DNA of 64,000 nt. Source: Laetmonice hystrix. Taxonomy: Eukaryota. The stretch covers positions 11,408,001 to 11,472,000 of the forward strand of contig OZ249436.1 of assembly GCA_965235115.1 (NCBI GenBank), read 5' to 3'. This document shows positions 1 through 12,000 of the stretch, piece by piece; the first letter of the stretch is position 1; every line of letters starts with the position of its first letter. The translations under genes and the position numbers were made by a program. The notes beneath the pieces were generated by a model. That model ran no database searches and was not told where the DNA came from. It was given only the letters and a program-made list of their open reading frames with translations.

Positions 1-95
1 AGAGACTGGGTCAGGTAGACGCTGCCAGTCCGGTTGTCAATACGGAAGAAATGTTCGGCAGGGTACACTCCGGTCAAGGCGTACACGGTCGAACC
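1..95 (-). CDS. cadherin exon E118 (B, truncated by window edge)
   Basis: GSTVYALTGVYPAEHFFRIDNRTGSVYLTQS. Confidence 0.85.
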
Positions 96-3000
96 CTGAG
101 AGAGGAAATCATATGGAGAAACATCAGGACAGATGTGATGAGAAAACTATAACTATCTCTACAACTACCACCTTTTTCTATGGCTACAAGATGTACCAAA
201 AGTTACCATTACGGGATGGGGGTTGGTGAGGAGGGGTTAACTCACCGCTCGGTCTCGGTCGTTGGCCTTGATGTTAACGACTGGAGTGCCCTCTACTGGA
301 TGGTTGATGCTGATGGTGTCGTCAAACTTGCCCTCAAACTCAGGGAGGTACTGGTCGCGCTGCACTTTGACTTGAACTACCACGGAGGCAGTCCGCTCAG
401 GCACCTTACCATCTCTGGCTGATACTTGGATCTGTAAACATCGGGACAGTACATATCATTGGTGGCAATGGTTGGGGTGCATAGAACCAAACTCAGGAGG
501 AAAAGGAAAATGTTATATATGAACAATGGTGCATTGTTATACTGGGCCTATACTCACATTATAAAGTGTCTGGGTGCCCTCCGTAAGTAGTCGCTTCAAT
601 GTGATCGTGCCGGTATCTGCGTTGATGTAGAAGAACTGCCTTGCAATGTTATCTCCCGTAATGGAATACTTTAGACTGTCCTGAAAACAGAAAATATCAT
701 TTAACCAAATGTAACTATATAAAAAGGGGACAAGAAAACTTGACTTGTATATGAACCGTACAGGTGACAGTGACTTACCCCATCCAGATCGGTGGCGTTC
801 ACCTGTGTAACAAAGGCGCCCAGTTCGACCGTTTCAGGTCCTTCCACAGCGTAGTTAGACTGTGTGAACGTGGGGCCGTTCTCATTGCGGGTTACCGCTA
901 TGGTTACTACTGCAGTCGTCCTCTGTCCAGGGCTCGCACTGTCATAGGCCACGATACGTAACTAAAACATACATCCCACATGGTGATCAATATACAGCCG
1001 GCACGATCATCTAGAAAACTTTATATTACATACGTAAAAATAACATGTATATCAGAATGTTTATGTCTTTTCCCCTCGCGAATTTCAAATTGTATACCTT
1101 CAATGGCTCAACGAGCTCTCTGACCCATACAACCTTGCTATATTCATGACGACTGTCGGTATAATTGACGTCAATACTTACCGTGTACTTGGTCTCATCG
1201 TCTGCCTTGAGGTTACTCTTCACCACCAGGTGGCCGTTATCCTCATTGATACCAAAGAACGTGGGAGCTGGCATGTCTCCGATTACAGCGTACTTCATGG
1301 ACCCTCTCAGATCTCGGTCCAAGGCTTGTACCTTGGTGTAGAACTCCCGACCTACAGGAGCGTTCTCCGAGACGGTGGCGTCTTTGTAAGGTGTGTCACT
1401 GAACGACGGCTTCGACTCGTCTCGGGTAATTGTCACGATGACGGTGGCGTTAGCGATTCGCTCTGGGTCACGGTTGTCGGTGGCTTGGATACGTAACTGC
1501 CAATCGGAATTTATAGTTTGAATCAATCGCATCAACTGTTGTTGAAGTTCAATAACTTTCATGATTTGTAAAACAAATATTGGTATTCCCCTAACAATTT
1601 CGCTCATATCGCTTCCAAAGCTATCCAAATACAAGGTTGAAGAATCAAACAAGAAAGACAGCGTTGTTTGTGATTTACTATCCTGTATTATCATTAGCCC
1701 GACTCTCCCTGAGACAATGTTGTGTTTTACTTACCGACTCCCCCTGAGACAGTCTTGTGTTTTACTTACTGACTCTCCCTGAGACAGTGTTGTGTTTTAC
1801 TTACTGACTCTCCCTGAGACAGTGTTGTGTTTAACTTACTGACTCTCCCTGAGACAGTCTTGTGTTTAACTTACTGACTCTTCCTGAGACAGTCTTGTGT
1901 TTTACTTACCGACTCTCCCTGAGACAGTGTTGTGTTTTACTTACCGACTCTCCCTGAGACAGTGTTGTGTTTTACTTACCGACTCTCCCTGAGACAGTGT
2001 TGTGTTTTACTTACCGACTCTCCCTGAGACAGTGTTGTGTTTTACTTACCGACTCTCCCTGAGACAGTGTTGTGTTTTACTTACCGACTCTCCCTGAGAC
2101 AGTGTTGTGTTTTACTTACCGACTCTCCCTGAGACAGTGTTGTGTTTTACTTACCGACTCTCCCTGAGACAGTGTTGTGTTTTACTTACTGACTCTCCCT
2201 GAGACAGTGTTGTGTTTTACTTACTGACTCTCCCTGAGACAGTGTTGTGTTTTACTTACCAACTCTCCCTGAGACAGTGTTGTGTTTTACTTACCAACTC
2301 TCCCTGAGACAGTGTTGTGTTTTACTTACCAACTCTCCCTGAGACAGTGTTGTGTTTTACTTACCGACTCTCCCTGAGACAGTGTTGCGTTTTACTTACC
2401 GTATATTGTTTCTCGGAAGTTTCCGTCAGTGGTTTGGTAACCGTGATAAGGCCAGTGAGAGGGTTCATATAGAAGAACGGTTTCACGATCTCAGGACCAA
2501 TCAACATGTAGCGAACCTCATCCTGCAACAAACCACGAATTATTTAATAATCTTCAAATATACATCTACTCGGAACATGCGACGAAACCGTACATGCCCT
2601 CCCCAATTCTTTGGTTTCTTGCATAATTCATTATAATAATGACGTGCGCGAGTGACACAAACAAGATAATCTACTATACCTAACTTAATCCTTTTCAAAT
2701 AAAATCACCACTTTATGTACAGAACGTTTACGGCTACAATATTTGATCTTGCTGTGTATTATTTAAAGAGCCATCCATTATCCCGCAATCCCCCCCCCCC
2801 CTACACACACACACCCACACTCCAGAAGTCCTGCCTCCCACTCACCCCGTCCCTATCGGTAGCCTCCACCCTGGCCACACTTTCCCCGATCGGGTAGTTC
2901 TCCACGATAGTGGCCGGGTAGTTGGAGCGGGCGAACACGGGCCCGTTCACGTTTCTTCTCACTGTGATTATGACGTCTGTGGTGGCTCGTTGGTTGGGGT

Positions 3001-6000
3001 TTGAACTGTCGTATACCTGGACCCTCAGCTGGTCACATAGAAACAGAGGTACATGAGGATAAGACACAGGATATGACGGTCTAATATAATGTATACTATC
3101 GCCTTGTAGTTTAAAATGATCATATGAAACAATACTGACACAGGTTAAGTCATCCAAAGATAAAGGACAGGTATTGCCTGAGTTCACTCACCACGTATCT
3201 AGTTGATATGTCATTCTTCAGAGGACTCCGGACATACACGTTACCGTTCTTATCTACCCAGAAGTAACTTGGCGCTGACAGGTTACCAACGACCTCATAC
3301 ATCAACACCCCCTACAGGAGACAACAGGTACTACGACTTTAGACAATTCTCTTCATCCGTGCCGCCATAATTTCTCCCGGTTTTCTTTTTACGAACGACT
3401 GAAGTAATTTGCTACCTGAATACTAACAAAAACTGAACTTTGGCCAATTATATGAAGGTGGTCATCACCTTGCACCTGATTCTACAGGAAAGTAAATAAT
3501 TGTGTATCCAAACTTTACCTTAAGATCCTGATCCTGGGCAATGATCCTGACAATGGAAGATCCATTGACAGCCTCGTTTTCAGTGATGGTCTTCTCGTAC
3601 TTTGGGAAGGCGACTGTGGGCGGGTACTGGTCACGTGACAGAGTTAGCTGTACCTGGGTCGTCGACATCTTCTCTGGGTTCGACTGGTCACGTGCCCGTA
3701 TAGTGAACTGTGGGGGGAAATATAACGATAAAATATTAATATTCACAAAGTCTCAACGGGTGTAATGATAGTGGGGGCAATAAAATTCCACCACAGATTC
3801 CGCTCATAAAGGTCTCTGCTGACCAACAGAGACCTGTATGAGCGAAGTTGAGAATGAGAATATACACATGTAATACTGACCGCATATCTGTTTTTCTCGG
3901 CCTCCGCCAGGGGTCTCTTAGCGGTGACGTCTCCCGTGTCGGGGTTGATCCAGAAATAGGTGATGGCTGCTTGCCCCTCCTCGTCATCCACGATCTCATA
4001 CTGTATCACGTCCTTCTGTAACGGCAACGGAACAATAATCTCAGCCACATGGTCATCTCATGTTGGTTTCTACAACATGACAGAAAACAAGCAAACACTC
4101 TCTTTGGTTTCTGTTAAAATCTACTCACGGCGTCCCTGTCGGTGGCCTTCACGGTCAAGATCCCCACACCGATCGGGAAGTTCTCAGACACTTCTTTCTG
4201 GTAGATGTTCTTCTCAAACTGTGGTGTGAATTCGTTTCTCCTCACTGGTAGTACGAGCTCCGTGAAGATCCGCTGCTTGGGGTTGGCACTGTCGTACGCG
4301 GCCACTCTCAACTGTAAAACAAAACAACTTCTGTCACTTCAGAAATATTTACAAGTAACATGCTGCCTGAAATTACAACTTATAAATTCTCATGCTCTCT
4401 TAAAACGTCTCTCAAATTGGTTGGAGTAAAGTTCCCCTTTCTACTTTACAATTATTCCAAATTCAGTGCCTATTTAGACAAACACCTCCCGGGGCCACTG
4501 ACCGTGTATGAACTGAGTCGGAGAGGATCATCCTTGAGATTACCGATCGTACGGACCACCCCGGTGGTACGGCCCACACCGAAATACTGACGGGCTGGGT
4601 ACAGACCTACAGCCTCGTATATCAGCTCACCCTGTAACAAAACCAACACGTCACATACGTCATCAAGGTTATGAAACGGTCAGCCTCATTGGCTATGATA
4701 AAACATAAACAATCTTAGGTTTTGTGAAACCTTAAATTAATCATCCCGCAAATAATAAGTGGAATATCATGAATATGCCTTATTATTTTATGAATGAAGA
4801 TGAGATAAACATTATTGTGGTATTGGACAAACCTTGAGGTCTGAATCCTCAGCTTTGACAGTGTACACTCCGCTAAGGTTGGCAGAGTTTTCAGACACAG
4901 TTCCCGGAATGTAAGGCAGGTTCTTCCAGACAGGTGGTTCCTCATCTCGAGCAATGGTCAGCGCGATGCTGGCATTGGCTGACTTACCCCGTCCGTCGGT
5001 CGCCTGCACTAGGAGCTGGTGAGAGACAGTCAAAAACACAATTAGTAAAACTTAGACTCTAAAACAGCTTACATTTCGACGGAGTATAAGAAATATAAAT
5101 CCTGTAAAACACGAGAAATGGTCTCCTGCTGCCCTCTGGCGGTAAACTTGGGAGCCGCTTGGTAAGTGACGTAAATTTTATATTGGCCTCCAGCTATTGA
5201 GTTCACCCTCACAACCCCCTCCTTCCCCACGGCTACTTACTCTGTATCCAGCTATTGAATTCACCCTCACAACTCCCTCCTTCCCCACGGCTACTTACTC
5301 TGTATCCAGCTATTGAATTCCCCCTCACAACCCCCTGGTTCCCCACGGCTACTTACTCTGTATCCAGCTATTGAATTAACCCTCACAACCCCCTCCTTCC
5401 CCACGGCTACTTACTCTGTATGCGTTCTTGGCCGTAGAGAGTGGTTTCTTCAGCCGAACAATTCCAGTGCTTTCCTCCAACAGGAAGAAATCTGCGCCAT
5501 CATCGCTGGCCGACACCATTGAGTAGGTCACTTTGTCCTGCGATAAAACATTCACAATACGCTTACCTATGGGCATTAAATGATGAGAAACCCTTCAGGC
5601 AGGAACAGTGCTTACAGAACACAATCTTTACATGAGAGCAATGAAGAGCAATGGATCTCTACCAATGAGACTGCCCCTGACGAGCCACTTTACTTTGAGA
5701 CTGCCACCAGCTCCCCCTCCCACCCCGCCAGATACAGCTGCTGCCACCTACCGTCGAGTCGGCATCTCGTGCCGAGACCTGTATGATCGTCTCGCCGACA
5801 CCAAAGCTCTCGGCGATGGCCTTCTGGAGGGTGGCGGTGGGTCTGAACACAGGCCCGTTCACGTTACGCTGAACGTTCACCAAGAGTCGCGCAGTGGCCC
5901 TCTGGTCTGGGAACTCGCTGTCATACGACACCAGGTTCAGCTGAAAGAGAGTGCAGTAACAATGTACGAAAACTTCACAAACGTGGACTACCAGTACAAT

Positions 6001-9000
6001 ATAGGTCTACCAGTACAATATAGGTCTACCAGTACGATATAGGTCTACCAGTGCAATATAGGTCTACCAGTACAATATACCAGTACGATATAGGCCTACC
6101 AGTACGATATAGGTCTACCAGTGCAATATAGGTCTACCAGTACAATATAGGTCTACCAGTGCAATATAGGTCTACCAGTACAATATACCAGTACGATATA
6201 GGCCTACCAGTACAATATAGGTCTACCAGTACGATATAGGTCTACCAGTGCAATATAGGTCTACCAGTACAATATACCAGTACGATATAGGCCTACCAGT
6301 ACGATATAGGTCTACCAGTGCAATATAGGTCTACCAGTACAATATAGGTCTACCAGTACGATATAGGCCTACCAGTGCAATATAGGCCTACCAGTACAAT
6401 ATAGGCCTACCCGTACAATATACCAGTACGATATAGGCCTACCAGTACGATATAGGTCTACCAGTGCAATATAGGCCTACCAGTAAAATATAGGCCTACC
6501 AGTACGATATAGGTCTACCAGTAGGCCCCTACGAGCAGACGGCGTGAGGATAGGGGGCAGCACTGAGCAGCCAGCCTGAGGACAGGGGGCAGCCGCAACC
6601 TGTCTGAGGACAGGGGGCAGCAGCAGCAGTGGGCGTGAGGACAGGGTGCAGCACTGAGCAGCCGGCCTGAGGACAGGGGGCAGCACTGAGCAGCCGGCCT
6701 GAGGACAGGGGGCAGCAGCAGCGGGCCTGAGGACAGGGGGCAGCACTGAGCAGCCGGCCTGAGGACAGGGGGCAGCAGCGGTCGGCCTGAGGACAGGGGG
6801 CAGCAGCAGGGCCCGGCCTGAGGAAGGGGGCAGCAGCAGCCGGCCTGAGGACAGGGGGCAGCAGCAGCAGCCGGCCTGAGGACAGGGGGCAGCAGCAGCG
6901 GTCGGCCAGAGGACAGCAGCAGCAGCAGCCGGCCTGAGGACAGGGGGCAGCAGCGGTCGGCCTGAGGACAGGGGGCAGCAGCAGCTGGCCTGAGGACAGG
7001 GGGCAGCAGCAGCGGCCGGCCTGAGGACAGGGGGTAGCAGCAGCAGCAGCCGGCCTGAGGACAGGGGGCAGCAGCAGCAGCAGCCGGCCTGAGGACAGGG
7101 GGCAGCAGCGGTCGGCCTGAGGACAGGGGGCAGCAGCAGCAGCGGCCGGCCTGAGGACAGGGGGCAGCAGCAGCAGACGGCCTGAGGAGAGGGGGCAGCA
7201 GCAGCAGCGGCCGGCCTGAGGACAGGGGGCAGCAGCAGCAGACGGCCTGAGGACAGGGGGCAGCAGCAGCGGTCGGCCTGAGGACAGGGGGCAGCAGCAG
7301 GGCCCGGCCTGAGGACAGGGGGCAGCACTGAGCATTCGGCCTGAGGACATGGGGGCAGCAGCAGCGGCCGGCCTGAGGACAGGGGGCAGCAGCAGCAGAC
7401 GGCCTGAGGACAGGGGGCAGCAGCAGCCGGTTTCATTACCTGGTAGTTGGCTAGTTGAAGGCTGTCGGTGGCCAGACTACGGATCACTTTGATAATCGCT
7501 CCAGCCCCACCTTCCTTCACTTGGAGAGAGAAGAAACTGGGCGCGGGGTAGACTCCAGCAATCTCGTACAACATCTCACCCTGTCAGGAGGAAATAATCA
7601 GACGGTCAGCGCCACCTAGCGGCAATCACACGTTTCCTACCTCACAATCCTTCAGTAAGTTCAGTATCCTTCAGTAACTCGGTGCAGGTATACGTGTTAC
7701 TAGATTACTCCCACACTAACACAATATTGGCAATTCTGTAGACGCGAATAAACTTTCAAACAAAACTTTCTATTTGAAACTTCAGGCAAAACAGGATTCA
7801 ATCAAATATGACAACTTCTCAATTGTGTATAACAAAACGATAGTCGGGCTTTGCTATAATCACTGCACTTGAATTAGATTTCTACACTTCTTAATATTTC
7901 TTTTGTATGCATGGCCCATGTATAAAACTTTAAATTATAAAGTAGCTGCGGTGACAATGATGCGGCACGCTATTTTTGTGATAATCAGTAACCTGAGGCC
8001 TATCGCCTGAAGATAAAACGACATCAAACAGAGGTGTCCAAGAACTCAGCGCCTAGGGCCAGTCCTCGTTCTCCCCTCATATGGTTTTAGTTTCTTCATA
8101 CAGACTCCCCGTACGTAATACAATATTCTGGTATAACCTTTGATATATTATATGTGTATTATAAACCCCTGATCATTTCTATTCCATAAAACAACTGGCC
8201 CTAACCATCTATATTTACATTTTTAACGAATAACTACCACAGAAAAAGTATCTATACTCCAAAAGAGTTGTTTTCTTTGTATTCGTCGTACAATGTATAT
8301 TGTTTTTATGCTGCGTCTATTGTAAAACATTAGCAGCAGACGTGAGTCACACAAATACAGGCGATCTGGTTCACCTGACTCCACTACAAGTCATCCACAC
8401 TCTGCTGACTCCTTTCACTTTTTCAGACCTCTGGGTCATTTTCTAACAATACGGCCGTTTCCATAGCAACTGACTCAGAGATAGCCTGACCATTTATCAG
8501 CCGAACAGTTCCCGGTCGAGTTACGTAAATAATGTAAGTCTCTTTTGTACTTTCAATTTACATCTTCATAGCTAAATGACCATCGTAAACGCCTCTGAAA
8601 ATATGGGGTTCCTTTTCTTATTTTCAAATACAAGGTATATAATCTAATGACAATATCTTTCGCTGATAAGTTTTCAGTATTCTATTTAGGAACGTAAGAT
8701 TAATTGTGCATTGTTCATAAAAACCGAGTCATGCAACCATAATTTAATAATGAGAATAAATGACAAATCATGTCATGTTTATTAAACAAAGTGACCCTTA
8801 ATTTGGTTCCTCTTCGTATTTTAAATTAGAGTAAGTGTGACCCTCACACAATCTACACACTGACCTAGTAATTAGAAACTGATTATATAAACAACAGGTG
8901 GGAAAGGCCGTGTACCCTTTGACACACGTCACGTGAGGCCATCTTGGAGACAGGGTATGCATGGCGCAGATAACTTCACCCCATCAAACCCCCTCCCCGG

Positions 9001-12000
9001 GACACTGGTCATTATTTTAATCAATGCCCAATAATTGATTGAATTTACAAACATATTCAGCATACATGAAGTTAACCATAAATAAACGCATTTTCTACAG
9101 CAGAAGAGTTAATTAATAGAATTAATTATGAATTCAAGTCTAAGTACACAGGTGGCCAGAATATGACTCTGACTAATCAGTTTTACTTCATGAAATTAAT
9201 GGAAATTAATTAGCAAATCTTACTGTACATCTAAACCTCCACTTAGCCCATTAAATCATGCAAACGAACAAAAACTGACGGTAGAAGCTATCAAATATTA
9301 CCTGTCTGTTGGCATCGCTGGCCTTGATTTCGGCAATGGTACTGCCCACAGCCTGTGACTCGGGTATGTCGACGTTATACAGTCCTCGGTCGAACCTTGG
9401 CGGCTGGTTATCACGGGGTACAGACACGACAACCTTGACGGTCGTCGTCTTGTCGCTGGGCAGGGCCTGGTCGGAGGCCTGGACTGTCAACTGTAACGGC
9501 AGGGTTAGACACATGAGGAGGGTGGTTACCGACGGCAGACACACGTTCAGCGCCATACTCAGGCCACTACACCGGTAATAATGTCACTGGTCACGTCAGG
9601 TCGGGAAACAAGTTGGAAATCCACTGGTGGATATATGTGTAGTGTATTGAAGTGTATTCAGCGGACAAATGATGTCATGTTGCGATGTGGAATACGTGAA
9701 TTAGATTCCTCAAGTTACAGAGATACTCAGATACTGAGTGAGGGCAACTCCTCAGATGTGCTGGGTCGGGTAACCTCACTCAGTGCCGTTCTCAGCACAA
9801 CACAATGCCTCAGAGCCAGGGAGTTATCCTGTACTCCCGCCAATTTTACACTCCTTCTGCTTGGTCGATGGGTTCCATTACAAAGTGTGCGGAAACATGT
9901 TGAAAGCTTTGATTGTTAATACTCCAGTGGTTGTGAGAACTTCTGGCGCCACTCACAGCAATCCCCAACATCTATCCCAGGTAAGTTAAGGCAAGAGGCG
10001 TGGCCACTAGTGAGGTGCCGTCATCAAGGAATATCTTCAAGTCCATGAACTTGTATATCCCATCCACAGAGAGCAACCCTCATCAGACAACGCACACCAG
10101 TCCACGGCCCTCGCTGTGTGTGTGTACGTGTGTATTCACGCACGTGTGTGTGCTACTGGTGAGGATGGCGACCAGAGGAGGTGGCTGAGAACCGTCATGG
10201 TCCCGTGCGAAACTTACTCATGCGTGACTGACAACGCTCATTACGACTCGCCATCACTTGCACGTTCACCTGAGACAGGTGACCACCTGGTGGTCCTTTT
10301 TATACTCAATAAACCCCGAGGACTTGTTTGGTGTGACTTGGCAACTTTTAATTATGCCTGATAATATCAGTCAAAATATGGAAATGTACCGGCTCATGGT
10401 ATACAAGTACGTATGGGCCATCTGAAGAGGGAATGTACCGGCTCATGGTATACAAGTACGTATGGGCCATCTGAAGAGGGAATGTACCGGCTCATGGTAT
10501 ACAAGTACATTATGGGCCATCTGAACAGGGAATGTACCGGCTCATGGTATACAAGTACATTATGGGCCATCTGAACAGGGAATGTACTGGCTCATGGTAT
10601 ACAAGTACATTATGGGCCATCTGAACAGGGAATGTACCGGCTCATGGTATACAAGTACGTATGGACCATCTGAACAGGGAATGTACCGGCTCATGGTATA
10701 CAAGTACGTATGGACCATCTGAACAGGGAATGTACCGGCTCATGGTATACAAGTACGTATGGGCCATCTGAACAGGGAATGTACCGGCTCATGGTATACA
10801 AGTACATTATGGGCCATCTGAACAGGGAATGTACCGGCTCATGGTATACAAGTACGTATGGGCCATCTGAACAGGGAATGTACCGGCTCATGGTATACAA
10901 GTACATTATGGGCCATCTGAACAGGGAATGTACCGGCTCATGGTATACAAGTAAGCCATCTGAACAGGAATGGAATGAGTGGGATGGTACCATTGCGAGA
11001 CCATTTAATGACTGCCCGTTTACCGCTGGCACCTAGCAAAATGATTGGCTTTTACATCATTCATATGAAAACTTTATATTCATAGTCCTATATTACTGAA
11101 TAATTATAGGTGCACACATCCTGAAAGGAGGTTAGGCTCAGATGGTCTTGAAGATGTTTATCCACTTTTCATTGAAGACATGGAAAAAGAGTTGTTTTTT
11201 TTCTATTTATCAATTTTAATAAAAACTTAAATAAGGTAGTATAGAAACAAAACCCCCCTCCACCCTTCACCCAGGAACAAAGAACAAATGAGGTCACCAA
11301 CGCCTTGCAATCACTGGAGGAGAATGTCTGCGTCTTGCGATAATTTGGCCTGAGGCCGGTTTGGTTGACCTTTAGTCTGCTAGTATATGACCACTTGTAT
11401 GAGAATAACCTGATGTTATGATAGCCTCGGGCCGTCTTTTACTTGGTCCTTTAATTATAGATGCCGTCTTAGAACAAAAGCAGGGTTTAAAGTCTGCCGA
11501 GAAATCGCTGGCCTTGCCACTTCTTCCCCCCAAGCTGAGTGAAGCAACCATTCACAGTATCGTTGAAAGCCTTTGAACTCTCTGTAAATTTTACCTCGGA
11601 GGCTTTTTGCTGTTGTTTTAGAAGTTTATGTTTGAAAATTACTTATACGTAAACTGAGTACAGAATCTCAGTGTCCCGATATAAGAAGGACAAAACTGCA
11701 TATCAATTTATTAATATAAAGCATGCATAAACCTGAGCGCACCTCTGCATCGATGACAGTGAAGTGCGACATATTTAAACCCATAAAAAGATAATGTTTT
11801 AATGAATATACAAACACGAACACAGACCATAATTATAAAGACATACCGTATAGGTGGCTGCTTGTCCCTCGGACAGTGGCTTTTTGAGCGAGATCTCTCC
11901 CGTCGTTGGGTTGATATAGAAGAATTCCCTGGCAGCGCTGTCACCGACGAGCGAGTAACGTATAATATCCTGTAACACAAACTCCACATTGACAATCACT

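Noticed and set aside
6477-7574. Long minus-strand ORFs (365 and 273 aa) rich in P/A/C/L
   Set aside because: Translation of the GC-rich satellite; only 7440-7580 is cadherin exon
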